Shown one piece after another: positions 24,077 to 34,627 of a stretch of 64,000 nt of DNA. The stretch comes from a virus (Duplodnaviria > Caudoviricetes): the IMG/VR virus record IMGVR_UViG_3300032218_003260. One strand, written 5' to 3'. Within the stretch, counting starts at the first letter, position 1, and each line of letters opens with the position of its first letter. The notes beneath the pieces are model-generated. The model saw only the letters and a program-made list of their open reading frames with translations. It did no database searches and was not told where the DNA came from. A program made the position numbers and the translations under genes.

Positions 24077-27000
24077 TTATGTATTTAGTGCTGCACGCAC
24101 GGCGGCGCGAAGATTTGTGTTAGTGTTTAATTGCGCAATAAATTCAGTTAAAAACGCCGGCGAGCGCACAATTTCTGCAATATTCAACGTGATATTTCCG
24201 TTAATATTTGTCGTATTTACAGTGATTGTACCGCTGCCGATGTTTGTCGGCGTAAATGTAATTATACCGTTTGCCGGTATGACACCTGTTGCGCCCTGCG
24301 GCCCTGTCGGCCCTGTTGCGCCCATGTTGCCGCACGGCCCGGTAGCGCCGGTATGGCCGACGCCGCTAGCGCCTGTAGCGCCTGTTACACCGGTTGCGCC
24401 TCTTGGGCCGACAGGTCCGGTGGCTCCGCGAGGACCGGTGACGCCAGTCGCGCCTGTTTGGCCGCGCGGGCCTGTCGCACCCTGCGCGCCGTTTGTGCCG
24501 GATAAACCAGCTGGGCCAGTTGCACCAGTTGCGCCGACAGGCCCGGTAACGCCCGTCGCGCCTGTTGCGCCTGTGGCCCCGCGAGGGCCAGTGACGCCGG
24601 TTGCGCCAGTGATTCCGCGGGGTCCGACGGGACCGGTAGCACCCGTAGCGCCGACAGGCCCGGTAACGCCCGTCGCACCAGTTGGACCCGTTGCGCCGAC
24701 GGGGCCCGTAGCTCCGCGGGGTCCGGTAGGTCCTGTCGGACCGCTTGGTCCTGTAACGCCGTTAATACCAGAGGCGCCGGTTGCGCCTGTTTGTCCAACT
24801 GGACCTGTTGCGCCGCGAGGTCCTGTGGCACCTGTTGCGCCTTTAGCGCCGGTCGGGCCAGTGGCTCCGCGAGGTCCTGTGGCGCCAGCCGGCCCGGTCG
24901 CGCCTGTGGCGCCTTTATCGCCTTTGTCGCCCTTAACGCCTGTAGCGCCTGTTACGCCCTTAACGCCTGTGGCGCCAGCCGGCCCGGTCGCGCCTGTGGC
25001 GCCTTTATCGCCTTTGTCGCCCTCGTCTCCTTTATCGCCTTTCAACCCCATCGGACCGAATAATCCCATTGGTCCTTGCGGGCCAATTGGACCAGCGTTG
25101 CCTATGTCGCCTTTATCGCCTTTGTCGCCTTGATTGCCTTGATTTCCCTTGTCACCCTTGAGTCCCTGTGGACCAATAATTCCCGGGGCGCCTTGAACGC
25201 CGGGAATTCCTTGTATACCTTGATTTCCTTTTTCACCTTTTTCGCCGCGGTCGCCTTTATCGCCTTTTTCGCCTTTGCTGCCTGTGTCGCCTTGCGGCCC
25301 CGGATCACCCTGCGAACCTTGAGGGCCGGCTGGGCCAGCCGGTCCCTGCGCGCAACTACCTCCGCTGCCACCAGAACCGCCGCTACCAGAGCCGCCGCTA
25401 CCAGAGTCGCCGCTACCAGAGTCGCCAGTCGGGCATTCAGTGGTGTTTAATGTTATTGTAATGGCGATATTTTCGCCTGATATGTCGACCGTTCCGCAAC
25501 CAATACCTTCCGGCAAAATTGTGACCGAGCCAGTTGTGAGTTTGCATTGCGGAATCCATAAATACGGCGTGAGTTTAAATTTGCAGTCGCCAAGATCCTC
25601 GACCATGATCTCTGCGCGACCCTCGGTCTCGCACGACACCAGCAGAACGCGGCCTTCGCCACCCTCGATTGACGGTTCGCAGTGCGGAACGCCTAAGTCA
25701 ACATTGATAGTGTAGAAGCATTCGGACGGCTCGTCTGTTCCGGTGCCGCCACTAGTGCCGCCACTAGTTTGCGTTGGGGTGACAGAACCAGACCCGTACA
25801 ACGTAGATGCTTTTTCTACATTAACGACGATATCAATTTGCGGACAAGGCGCTGGCGCACACTTTGGAATCCAGATATACGGTGTGATTTTAAATTCACA
25901 GAGATCTATCTGTTCAACAAAAATCTCGGCGCGCGCGTCAATTCCGCAGCCCGTAAGCGCCGTGCCGACGCCGCCAGTAATTTTTGGCATGCACGGCTTC
26001 GGTATGCCGATGTGGAGCGGCAGCGTGACGTCGCAAAAATCCCCGGGTTCAAATTCATTTATGGGCTGGCCGGCATACGCGTACGGTTCTTCTTGCGCGT
26101 CCAGTGTTTGCAGCTCAACAACCATTGAAACGGTTGTGCACGGCGGTTTTGGAATTTTGATGTCGAGCGCAAAATCTATTTCAAAACAGCACACCGGCGG
26201 TTCGTTGGACCCGACGCGCTCGTCGTATTCAGAGCATTTTGTGATTTCAAAACGAAACTCTGGCTGGATGTCGTAGCCCACCTCGTGCTTGAGTTCTTTA
26301 ATCCGTAATTCTGTACAAGGCGGGCGGGGCGTGGGAATGTCAACGTGAATATCAAACAGATAGTTACACGAGCCCGGGTCGTCGCATGTTGGCGGCGTCG
26401 GCATTGGGCGAATAACAAAAAAGCTGGGCGTATTATTTAAACGCCCGCCGGGCCCGTCTTTGTAGTGGCTGTTGACAGTTAAAAACTGCAACAACTCCGG
26501 GCAGCGTGGTTGCGGGATCGGCACGACAATTTCAATTTCAATTTCAAAATCGCACCGCTCTGGTTGGTCGCAGCCGGATGCCGGCGTGACGGTTTTTGTA
26601 ATTTCAAAGCGGGACTGACCGCTAACGCAACTTGTGCCGGCAAAGCCTGTTTTGACGTCAAACAGTTTCTTGGTGATTTCAATGCAGGGCGGCGGCGGGA
26701 TTGGTACGACAATTTCCAGCTCGATGTCAAAATCGCACTGATCTGGCGTATCGCAATCGCCCGGGGTGACGCGCGAGGTGACGTCAAAACGATTTGATTT
26801 ATTCTGCACGCATGGCGAATCATTAAAACCGGTTAAAACTTCAAACGTTTTAATGTTGATGTTAGGGCACGGCGGTTTTGGAATTGGAATATCGATTGTT
26901 AGTTCGATATCAAATTCACACGTATCCGGCGTATTGCAATCGCCCGGCGTGACACGCGGAGTGATTTCAAATTTTGAATCGCTAGTCGAACATGTCAGGT

Positions 27001-28645
27001 CGTCGTAGTGCACCTTGACGTCAAAGACAGGTGGATTAATTGACGGGCAGGGGGTGCGCGGAATGGGCACCAAAATTGAGAGGTCAATTTCAAATTCGCA
27101 CTGGTCTGGTGTGTTGCAGTCACCGGGCGTGCGTTTTGATGTTATTTCAAATATCGAACCACCTTGCGCGCACGGCGAGTCGCTGAACCCGGTTGTAACC
27201 TCAAATTTTTTAGTGCTGATTACTGGGCACGGTGTGCGCGGAATCGGTACGACAATCTCTAGCTCAATATCAAAGACGCATTGATCGGGGTTGTTGCAGT
27301 CTCCCGGAACGTGATTGGTGGTAATTTCAAATGTCGAACCACCTTGCGCGCACGAAGAGTCGCTAAACCCCGTCGTGACTTTGAGCACCGGCGAATTAAT
27401 AATCGGACACGGCACGCGAGGAATTGGAATAACAATCTCTAGCTCGATATCAAATTCGCATTGACCGGAACTATTGCAGTCGCCGGGGGTGTGGTTGGTT
27501 TTGATCTCAAATTTATTGTCGCCCGGCAGACACCCGGAATCTCCATACCCGCTTGTAACAGTCAGCTTTGGTTGGTTGATAATTGGACACGGCGCGCGCG
27601 GAATAGGTATGACAATTTCAAGTTCAAAATTGAATTCGCACTGATCGGGGTTGTTGCAGTCTCCCGGAACATTGTTAGTCGTGATTTCAAAACGATTTGT
27701 ACCAGTGAGGCAGCCGGTATCGTCATAGCCAGACGACACAGATAATTTTGGCGCGTTAAGAGTTGGGCAGGGCGTACGCGGAATCGGTACAACAATTTCT
27801 AGCTCAACGTCAAACTCGCAGCGGTCGGCGGTATTGCAGTCGCCGGGAGTGTGCCGCGGAGTGATGCTGAAAAAGTTCTGCTTGTCGTCAAGGCATGACG
27901 AATCAGAAAACCCACTGTCAACAGAAAACTTTGTCAGGTTGATAGTCGGGCACGGCGGCCGCGGAATCGGTATTGCAATTTCTAACTCGACTTCGAAACG
28001 ACACTGGTCGGCTGTGTCGCAATCGCCCGGCGTAATAATTTGCTCAATTGTTAATTTGTTTTGCTTGTCTAGCATGCACGGGGAATCTGAGTACCCCGAG
28101 TGCACGCCAAAATCAGTAACGATGATTTGAGGACACGGCGGTTTTGGTACTGGTATCTTGAGATCAAGATCAATAACAAACTCGCACTGGTCGGGTGTGG
28201 TGCAATCGCCGGGTGTGATGATCGGCGTAATCTTAATTTCGCTCAGCGGCGCAATACAATCCTGATAACCAACTTCTAATCCGAACTCGCCGGCTGTAAG
28301 CGTCGGGCAAGGTGTGCGCGGTACCGGCACATTGATATCTAAGGTGACGTCGTAACGGCACGGGTCGATATCTTGTCGCGTGATCTTCAGTTCGTTTTTA
28401 GGCGGCGGGCAGCCATCGTCGCCGGCGTCGCCGACAAAGCTGACGTCAATCGACGTCAAAGTCGAAAAATCAGGGCAGCGGTTGCCAACTTCTGTCGGTG
28501 GTTCGCGCGGAATGATCGGCGCCTGACAGCCGAAGATCGGCGGCGGAAGCGGTTCGATTTCGCAGACTGACGAAATGAAATCGAAATCTACCTTTGGGGT
28601 AGGATCGATCGGGCACTGCGAGTCTTTGAAAAGATTGTCAGGCAT
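24077..28645 (-). CDS. Large fibre protein: Cys-rich 60-aa tandem repeats, Gly/Ser linker, collagen domain
   Basis: About 11 clear units CP..(G)Y/F.DS.C....FEI....PGDC..PDQC.F..EL.I.IPIPR.P, then about 380 aa of Gly-X-Y; start at ATG 28645 after the TAA of the upstream gene. Confidence 0.85.
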   Translation of the reverse strand: MPDNLFKDSQCPIDPTPKVDFDFISSVCEIEPLPPPIFGCQAPIIPREPPTEVGNRCPDFSTLTSIDVSFVGDAGDDGCPPPKNELKITRQDIDPCRYDVTLDINVPVPRTPCPTLTAGEFGLEVGYQDCIAPLSEIKITPIITPGDCTTPDQCEFVIDLDLKIPVPKPPCPQIIVTDFGVHSGYSDSPCMLDKQNKLTIEQIITPGDCDTADQCRFEVELEIAIPIPRPPCPTINLTKFSVDSGFSDSSCLDDKQNFFSITPRHTPGDCNTADRCEFDVELEIVVPIPRTPCPTLNAPKLSVSSGYDDTGCLTGTNRFEITTNNVPGDCNNPDQCEFNFELEIVIPIPRAPCPIINQPKLTVTSGYGDSGCLPGDNKFEIKTNHTPGDCNSSGQCEFDIELEIVIPIPRVPCPIINSPVLKVTTGFSDSSCAQGGSTFEITTNHVPGDCNNPDQCVFDIELEIVVPIPRTPCPVISTKKFEVTTGFSDSPCAQGGSIFEITSKRTPGDCNTPDQCEFEIDLSILVPIPRTPCPSINPPVFDVKVHYDDLTCSTSDSKFEITPRVTPGDCNTPDTCEFDIELTIDIPIPKPPCPNINIKTFEVLTGFNDSPCVQNKSNRFDVTSRVTPGDCDTPDQCDFDIELEIVVPIPPPPCIEITKKLFDVKTGFAGTSCVSGQSRFEITKTVTPASGCDQPERCDFEIEIEIVVPIPQPRCPELLQFLTVNSHYKDGPGGRLNNTPSFFVIRPMPTPPTCDDPGSCNYLFDIHVDIPTPRPPCTELRIKELKHEVGYDIQPEFRFEITKCSEYDERVGSNEPPVCCFEIDFALDIKIPKPPCTTVSMVVELQTLDAQEEPYAYAGQPINEFEPGDFCDVTLPLHIGIPKPCMPKITGGVGTALTGCGIDARAEIFVEQIDLCEFKITPYIWIPKCAPAPCPQIDIVVNVEKASTLYGSGSVTPTQTSGGTSGGTGTDEPSECFYTINVDLGVPHCEPSIEGGEGRVLLVSCETEGRAEIMVEDLGDCKFKLTPYLWIPQCKLTTGSVTILPEGIGCGTVDISGENIAITITLNTTECPTGDSGSGDSGSGGSGSGGSGGSGGSCAQGPAGPAGPQGSQGDPGPQGDTGSKGEKGDKGDRGEKGEKGNQGIQGIPGVQGAPGIIGPQGLKGDKGNQGNQGDKGDKGDIGNAGPIGPQGPMGLFGPMGLKGDKGDEGDKGDKGATGATGPAGATGVKGVTGATGVKGDKGDKGATGATGPAGATGPRGATGPTGAKGATGATGPRGATGPVGQTGATGASGINGVTGPSGPTGPTGPRGATGPVGATGPTGATGVTGPVGATGATGPVGPRGITGATGVTGPRGATGATGATGVTGPVGATGATGPAGLSGTNGAQGATGPRGQTGATGVTGPRGATGPVGPRGATGVTGATGASGVGHTGATGPCGNMGATGPTGPQGATGVIPANGIITFTPTNIGSGTITVNTTNINGNITLNIAEIVRSPAFLTEFIAQLNTNTNLRAAVRAALNT
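24300..24364. repeat. 65-bp exact direct repeat, copy 2
   Basis: Identical to 22943-23007. Confidence 0.9.
25371..25428. repeat. 15-bp tandem repeat encoding a Gly/Ser linker
   Basis: (gccgctaccagagyc) repeated about 3.5 times, giving [18 protein letters not shown]. Confidence 0.75.
26330..28310 (-). repeat. 180-bp coding tandem repeat array (Cys-rich units)
   Basis: Nine units with PGDC and two or more degenerate units; neighbouring units share long near-identical DNA; boundaries approximate. Confidence 0.85.
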
Positions 28646-28646
28646 G

Positions 28647-29879
28647 TTACGTGCAATTAATTTGTGCGTTGGGTTTCTTCTGTACCGTGATCGTTCCATC
28701 GTCGATCAGGATGTTGATGCCCGCGCCGCCAATAATGTTGACATTAGAGCCGCCGACGCCATTGATGGCAGAAATAAGCTCACAACATGCTGGCCCGCCA
28801 CTTAAAAATTTGTCAATTTGTTCAATCTCTGTCGGCATTTTTTCTGGAAAATCTTGCCAAGCCGATGCCGGCCAATTTGTGACACCCGCAGGCGGCGAAC
28901 CATACCACATATAATTAAACGTTGTGTGCGTTTCTACCCATGTCTTATTGTTCCATGTGTAGTAAATGACATTTTTATGCTGACAAAGTCGTGGAGGTAA
29001 AGGGCCGCAAGACGGATTGACCGGCGTAGGCTCTGACGCCCAGCCGTACGTGTCGCCGGGCATGGCGCGTCCGCAACCCGGCAGAGTAGAACTGTCAGGT
29101 GTCGCGACCACGTCTATGAACTGCGTTGCAATTAATTTTTTTGCCCCGGCGTCTTTTGCAAATAACGGAAGTTCACCGCTATTTGAACATAGCTCTGCGC
29201 TAGTTGATCCTGCGCCCGCGCCTTTAGCTGCGGTGACAGACAATTCGTTCGCGCGATCTGTTTGCGTAATTAGGCAGTTATAACCTTCCTTGAATCGAAT
29301 GTCGCCCTTCATACAGCGCGAATTTAACACGATCGGTCGGTTGTCGTTTGTCCCTGTCTGGTCGCACGGCGGAACACGTACGCGGTCGTAGTTACCGACG
29401 CTGATTGACCGCAGATACGCCTTGTTTAAGTTTTGAATGCGCCCCGGTTCAACCTGATAGTCGTTCGGCTGTAACGCCCATACACCGTTAACCGCAGCGT
29501 CATTAAACGCGGTTGTCAGCGCTTCCAACGGGCCAGTCACGAGAAAGCCAGACCAGATCGGCTCTTCGGCGCACGGGTTTTCCGTGTCGACTGCGGACTC
29601 ACTGTGTTCAAGTGCCCACTCCCCGGTATCGTGTCGAGTAAAAGAGACTGTAGCCGGCGACGCGTTTGTGCTAAACACAAACTCAAATAAGCTGCCTACT
29701 TTTTTTACCGCTGACAGCCAAATTGTATGTTCGCTCTCGTCATACCGGGCGTCGAGGCCCATAATGAACCCTGCGTCCAGTACCGCGCTTGTGGGTAGCG
29801 GCGGAAGGGTGGCTGGTTTGTTGTAGATAAACGGATACGCGCGGTATTCGTTATCGTTGTAAAATCCGGGACGAGGCAT
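28647..29879 (-). CDS. Tail-tip/fibre-associated protein (paralogue family)
   Basis: N-terminal [12 protein letters not shown]; C-terminal [11 protein letters not shown]. Confidence 0.6.
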   Translation of the reverse strand: MPRPGFYNDNEYRAYPFIYNKPATLPPLPTSAVLDAGFIMGLDARYDESEHTIWLSAVKKVGSLFEFVFSTNASPATVSFTRHDTGEWALEHSESAVDTENPCAEEPIWSGFLVTGPLEALTTAFNDAAVNGVWALQPNDYQVEPGRIQNLNKAYLRSISVGNYDRVRVPPCDQTGTNDNRPIVLNSRCMKGDIRFKEGYNCLITQTDRANELSVTAAKGAGAGSTSAELCSNSGELPLFAKDAGAKKLIATQFIDVVATPDSSTLPGCGRAMPGDTYGWASEPTPVNPSCGPLPPRLCQHKNVIYYTWNNKTWVETHTTFNYMWYGSPPAGVTNWPASAWQDFPEKMPTEIEQIDKFLSGGPACCELISAINGVGGSNVNIIGGAGINILIDDGTITVQKKPNAQINCT

Positions 29880-30655
29880 TAGACAACACTCCTGCCAACA
29901 GTATCAACAACAATTGTCTCGCCGTCAGCGTAAATTCGCAACACAGCGTCGGCGACTGCTTGATTTGTTGCTGTAAACGTGAAATTACCAAAATCATCAG
30001 GACCGCAGCCGTTGATTGTTTTTAGATATCGCTTGTTCGGAAAATCGTCGCTTTGTGGTTCGCAGAGGAACCGGCGAAACAGCGGCACACCCACGATGTC
30101 GACACGAATAACGCCCGGCCCGTCTTGGCGCAGCACAACACCCTGATCGCCGACTAACCAGATATCGCCGGTCAGGAATTGTTTTGTCTCAGGCCGCGCG
30201 GCTCGAACGCCCGGCTCGTTTGCGGGGATAGAGACGCTGCTTACAAATTCTGTCTGATCGATTTCAAACGTATACGTGCCGGCACCCCAGCCAGAAAAGC
30301 GCGCAAGCCCCGTATTTGTCGAGAGCAGCATTCCGGCTGGGCGACCGTATTGATCCGCAAACAGCAGTACGCCGTCTGCCGGCGGACTCAGCGGATTGTA
30401 CGATGCCGACACGCGTGTGCTCAGCTCTTCATCGCCTACGTTTATTGTGACGCTTTGTGGCGCTACGACGATCGAAGATATGTAAACGCGTTGATACCCA
30501 CCAATAATGAAAAACGACGCGTCAATAAACGTGTCTGGTGCGATTGAAATGTTTTCTGTAGTTTCGCTTTGCAGCCCGGCCGAGTCTGCAAACGGATACC
30601 GCGACGCTTCTTGCTCGTCGCGAAACTCTGGAAATAGAATTCGTGCGCCTGACAT
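29879..30655 (-). CDS. Tail-tip/fibre-associated protein (paralogue family)
   Basis: N-terminal FRDEQEASRYPF; C-terminal LKTINGCGPDDFGNF. Confidence 0.6.
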   Translation of the reverse strand: MSGARILFPEFRDEQEASRYPFADSAGLQSETTENISIAPDTFIDASFFIIGGYQRVYISSIVVAPQSVTINVGDEELSTRVSASYNPLSPPADGVLLFADQYGRPAGMLLSTNTGLARFSGWGAGTYTFEIDQTEFVSSVSIPANEPGVRAARPETKQFLTGDIWLVGDQGVVLRQDGPGVIRVDIVGVPLFRRFLCEPQSDDFPNKRYLKTINGCGPDDFGNFTFTATNQAVADAVLRIYADGETIVVDTVGRSVV

Positions 30656-32385
30656 TATTGCACCACAAACTTGTTAAAAAACGTAGACGCTTGATTAGTA
30701 AATAAACCAATAGACCCGGTCACTTCGCCCGGGTTGTTGATACTGGTTGTGCCGCTCACCGGATGTGAGCCATTCAGCTCGGAGACGGAAAAAGAAACAG
30801 ACAAGCTGCTGCCGTTCAACGACAGGCTTGCGTACATCCGGTACCAAATGTTTACTTTTGCGCTGTAATTGACTGACAACTCGTCGACAAATATGTCACC
30901 GTTGTACCGCAGTACACGCACCTTGCCGCGCGTCCCGTCGACGATAACGACAACATATCTTGTTACAACTTGACCCAGTTCCAGCGTCTGCATGTAGTTC
31001 AACACAAGGCCGCCGTTTCTGGCTGCTCCGTTTGTGCCTAGTTTGAACTCGGTCATGATCGAGCGATTTAGCGCCCAGTCAGTTGCGCAGTTTTTAAGCA
31101 CGGCGATATTCGTACCGCCGATGCCGATAGACAGATACGTGCCGTGATTTGTTAATGCCGCGCCAAGCTCCGGGTCAAACTCGCCCGGTGCGCAGTTTCC
31201 GCAAATCGGCGGGGCAAGTGTTTCTTGCGGCGAGAACGAACCCGCTTTAGTAACAAAATACGCGTTCGGCTGACACGAGCCAAAATCAACGCAAAGCGGC
31301 AGCGGCATGCACGCGTAGTCAGGCGGATCTAGCGTCTCGTCTACAACCAGATCAATTGCCGTTGTCGGATCTGGCCAGCAATATTCGTCAATTACGATAT
31401 CTGTCTCGACGTAATTTGAGTCATCCCATCGATACACCTTATTGGTATCAAAAGCTAAATACAGTTTGTCTAGTTCACCGGCTGGCGGAAATGACGCGCG
31501 ATTTGCATACACCGTGATGTTTTCGCCGGTTGGCGCACAGCACAAGTCTTTAAATTCTTGCGGTGGTTTTGGTTTATTTGCGTCACATATAGCACCTAAT
31601 CCAACATCCGTAACAATATCGGCGCCGCCGCAGCCGGCAAAATTTACCGCTGTAAAACCATCAAACACAATGTCGATGTTTCCATCGCAATCAGGCGCGA
31701 CGCCGTTGATTGTTTCAATGGGCGTCTTTGGGCACGTGCCGCTTTCTGGACGCTGCGCGCACGGACCCAAAAATGTAGCCAGCGGGTTATAGTCGCCGGT
31801 CACAAGCGCGGTATCTAAGCGAAAGACAATCGCTGGGTACTCGACAGAGTCGTATTGAATCGTTTCGTACTTTGCCGTAACAGGCGAAGCGCCGATGACG
31901 TTTACTACTCCCTGCAGCGAAGTGCTCAAATTAATCTTGCCAATCGTGGGGATAGGTAGCGGGCGATACGGGCGCGCGTTTCTCGGTTGCACAAGTGTTT
32001 GTCGCGCTGCGCTGTATCGGCCGACAAATGGTGTATCTACACCGGGGCCGAACACCACCCACCCAGAGACGCCAGACGTCATAGCGGTCACAGGATAATT
32101 TACGTACGGCGCGACAGGTTGCGGAACTGACACGGCGCACACGGTCTGCCCGCTTGAATCAATCTCTGTCGCCGCGCCGAATAAGATTGTGACAATACCG
32201 GCGGATACCGTCATTCCCTGAACGTATAAATACTCGCCCAGCGTTGAAGAAAACCGAATATGGCAATCAACCAGAATGTCTTCGCGAATAAACGAACCTA
32301 GATCGTCGACACCCGTTGAAATATCGTCGAGCGGGTACCGGCGCGTGGACTGCAGGTTGTACCAATTTTGATTGCGAATAGGCAT
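30655..32385 (-). CDS. Tail-tip protein with a probable C-terminal lectin-like beta-sandwich
   Basis: WYNLQSTRRYPL; IETINGVAPDCDGNI; FPPAGELDKLYLAFDTNKVYRWD fibre motif; beta-rich C-terminus ending GSIGLF...FFNKFVVQ. Confidence 0.6.
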   Translation of the reverse strand: MPIRNQNWYNLQSTRRYPLDDISTGVDDLGSFIREDILVDCHIRFSSTLGEYLYVQGMTVSAGIVTILFGAATEIDSSGQTVCAVSVPQPVAPYVNYPVTAMTSGVSGWVVFGPGVDTPFVGRYSAARQTLVQPRNARPYRPLPIPTIGKINLSTSLQGVVNVIGASPVTAKYETIQYDSVEYPAIVFRLDTALVTGDYNPLATFLGPCAQRPESGTCPKTPIETINGVAPDCDGNIDIVFDGFTAVNFAGCGGADIVTDVGLGAICDANKPKPPQEFKDLCCAPTGENITVYANRASFPPAGELDKLYLAFDTNKVYRWDDSNYVETDIVIDEYCWPDPTTAIDLVVDETLDPPDYACMPLPLCVDFGSCQPNAYFVTKAGSFSPQETLAPPICGNCAPGEFDPELGAALTNHGTYLSIGIGGTNIAVLKNCATDWALNRSIMTEFKLGTNGAARNGGLVLNYMQTLELGQVVTRYVVVIVDGTRGKVRVLRYNGDIFVDELSVNYSAKVNIWYRMYASLSLNGSSLSVSFSVSELNGSHPVSGTTSINNPGEVTGSIGLFTNQASTFFNKFVVQ

Positions 32386-32388
32386 GGT

Positions 32389-34590
32389 TTAACACGGCGC
32401 CTCTGTTTTGCCTTCTGCGTTGCAATGCAGCGTTTGCGCAGTTTCAGCAAGAGCTGGTAGCGGCGGTAATCCGTCGTCTAGGTTGTTGCCGCAATTTGTC
32501 AAAATAGGTTGGGTGCTGCTCAGATATGTTCCTGTGAGTGTTCCGGTGATTACATACGGCCCGCGGGCACGCGTGTATTCTGGCTCTGGAGATGTCGGGT
32601 CATATTGGTTAAATTTGACGCGGAATTGCACGTACGCCGAATCGCCGGGTTTGATTTGCGGAAACGCAGCAGAATACTGAAAACCGCCGCCGCTAACAGT
32701 TATGCCGACAGCGGCGCCACGAATCCCCGGCGCATACATCGATGTGTGGCCGCATTCTAATTCTGGGCGAATGGCAACAGATGTCTGCGTCTCTGGGTTA
32801 GCTACGACTAGGTCACCGCTGACAGAAAGATTTACAGTCAACCGCGTCGGCTCCGTGCACTTGTCGCACGGGTTACACAGCATCATCACGATATCTAAAT
32901 ACGCGCAACGCTGCGGCACCATGAACAACCGCAGCGGACGTTGCACGCTACACGATCGTTGATCGAGCCAACGCGCAATATTGTTTTCATGTTCAGTGCG
33001 CACGTTTTCTGCGCGCTGTCCGATTAATTTGTAGCGGTAACTTGTTTCGTTCATGTACTTGGCGGTATTTGCGTAATCGTCGCAACCGCAGCATGGAGCG
33101 CAATCTGCGCCAACTTGCTGGTGCGCAGTAGTAGATGGGTTTACGGGGTGCGGCGCAGCAACGCCGACTGTCACGGGCCGGCGGACCCATAGGCAGTCAG
33201 TCGCGCCAAGTCTGAAGTCACCGTTCTCGGCAGTGACGCCGTTAATTTTAGTAATTGGCACCGCAACACCGCCGGGGCAGTTGCCGTATCGGCCCAGCCC
33301 TGTACCGGCCACAGCGCTAAAATTGACGCTTGTGATATTACGAAAGTTTTTTACGGCAGCGGGCGTTGTCGTAATTTCGGTGTTGTATCCGTTTCCAAAT
33401 GTGAACGCGCCAGAGTATCGCGGCGATGTTGTCTGCCCGTTCCGCACGCGTAATGTCAGCAGTCTTTTTGGTATTTTATAGACAGCGCGTTCATCTAATA
33501 TTGCGCGCGCTGGCGTTAAATAAAGATCGTAACTGCGCTCTGTGTCGTCGTCTGTTATCCCGTTGTCATCATCCGGCCATTTTTTATACGCAATCAAACT
33601 GCATACGGTATTTTTTCTTTGCCATCTAACGGCTGTGTACACATGGTTTGAGTCAATAACATGACAAATCGTCGACGAGTCTGCGCTTGTATCTAAAATT
33701 ATGCGATCATTGGCGTCGACAACAACAATATCGGCTTGATTTACAGGTTGCGGAAAATCTGCTGCGGGTTGGTTACTTTGACAACCAAAACCGTATAAGT
33801 GTTTTATGCGCAATGGATGCTGCGCGGGCGGAACAGTGGCGTCGTATTCACCAGCGTCGTCGTAACTGAGATAAAAATCTGCAATTAAATACTTTATATC
33901 TTGAGATGGATAAACCAGCGGGTAATCTAATCCGCTTTGCGGTTGCACAACGCCAATACCACGGCGTGCGCGAGCGTCAAATGCAAAATTTTTATACGCC
34001 GCAATTGCGGCTTGCAACGCGGCGGCGGTGCGGGCGACAGCGGCTATGCGCACCGGTAATAATGCGGTGTGCGTAGCAATATCGGCTTCGATGTAACTTT
34101 GTTCGTTTTGCATGGCCGTAATTTTTGCTTGCTGTGCGCTTATAGCGTCAAGCACCCACTGCGGCACCGGCTCTGCAGGATCTTTTTGTCCGAAACTTGT
34201 CGCAAGTTTGTTGAGCGCGATTAATTGGTCAATCAAAGCCATAATAAATGCAGCAATCAGTTGCGCTCTAATCCCCAACGCCTGCAAGGCTTTTTCGCTA
34301 ATTTCTTTTTCGGCGACGGCAAACTCGTACTCAAGTTGCCGAATAGTTTTAATAACAATAAAGCGACGCAATTGTTTGCAATAACGCTCCATTGCGTATA
34401 GAAGCGGCGCGCCAAGATCTAACGCAGCGAGTCGGTTATTTAACGCCGTAAGTTCTGCGTTTAAACTAGCGATCTCGGCAGCACGTAATTCGTTTGCCTG
34501 TTCGCGTGCGAGTATTTCTTGCTCTAATACCGCAACTTCAGCGTTACCGGCGAGATATTCGTTTGTGTATTGATAACTAAATGCGCTCAT
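32389..34590 (-). CDS. Tail-tip/fibre-associated protein with an N-terminal coiled coil
   Basis: About 200 aa of heptads; GLDYPL; ITKINGVTAENGDF; CAPCCGC. Confidence 0.6.
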   Translation of the reverse strand: MSAFSYQYTNEYLAGNAEVAVLEQEILAREQANELRAAEIASLNAELTALNNRLAALDLGAPLLYAMERYCKQLRRFIVIKTIRQLEYEFAVAEKEISEKALQALGIRAQLIAAFIMALIDQLIALNKLATSFGQKDPAEPVPQWVLDAISAQQAKITAMQNEQSYIEADIATHTALLPVRIAAVARTAAALQAAIAAYKNFAFDARARRGIGVVQPQSGLDYPLVYPSQDIKYLIADFYLSYDDAGEYDATVPPAQHPLRIKHLYGFGCQSNQPAADFPQPVNQADIVVVDANDRIILDTSADSSTICHVIDSNHVYTAVRWQRKNTVCSLIAYKKWPDDDNGITDDDTERSYDLYLTPARAILDERAVYKIPKRLLTLRVRNGQTTSPRYSGAFTFGNGYNTEITTTPAAVKNFRNITSVNFSAVAGTGLGRYGNCPGGVAVPITKINGVTAENGDFRLGATDCLWVRRPVTVGVAAPHPVNPSTTAHQQVGADCAPCCGCDDYANTAKYMNETSYRYKLIGQRAENVRTEHENNIARWLDQRSCSVQRPLRLFMVPQRCAYLDIVMMLCNPCDKCTEPTRLTVNLSVSGDLVVANPETQTSVAIRPELECGHTSMYAPGIRGAAVGITVSGGGFQYSAAFPQIKPGDSAYVQFRVKFNQYDPTSPEPEYTRARGPYVITGTLTGTYLSSTQPILTNCGNNLDDGLPPLPALAETAQTLHCNAEGKTEAPC

Positions 34591-34627
34591 ACTGCGTCTA
34601 TCCGTTGTTGTTCGCGCTGCTAATTAT

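Noticed and set aside
23215-25133. Long plus-strand ORFs (263 aa, 141 aa, 338 aa) of Pro/Val/Ala repeats
   Set aside because: Antisense shadows of the collagen Gly-X-Y codons; no RBS and no independent coding signal.
22852-28310. Tandem repeats considered as a CRISPR array or a DGR template/variable pair
   Set aside because: All repeats are in-frame coding units with no unique spacers. The 65-bp copies are identical with no adenine-specific mismatches, and no reverse transcriptase or cas gene is present.
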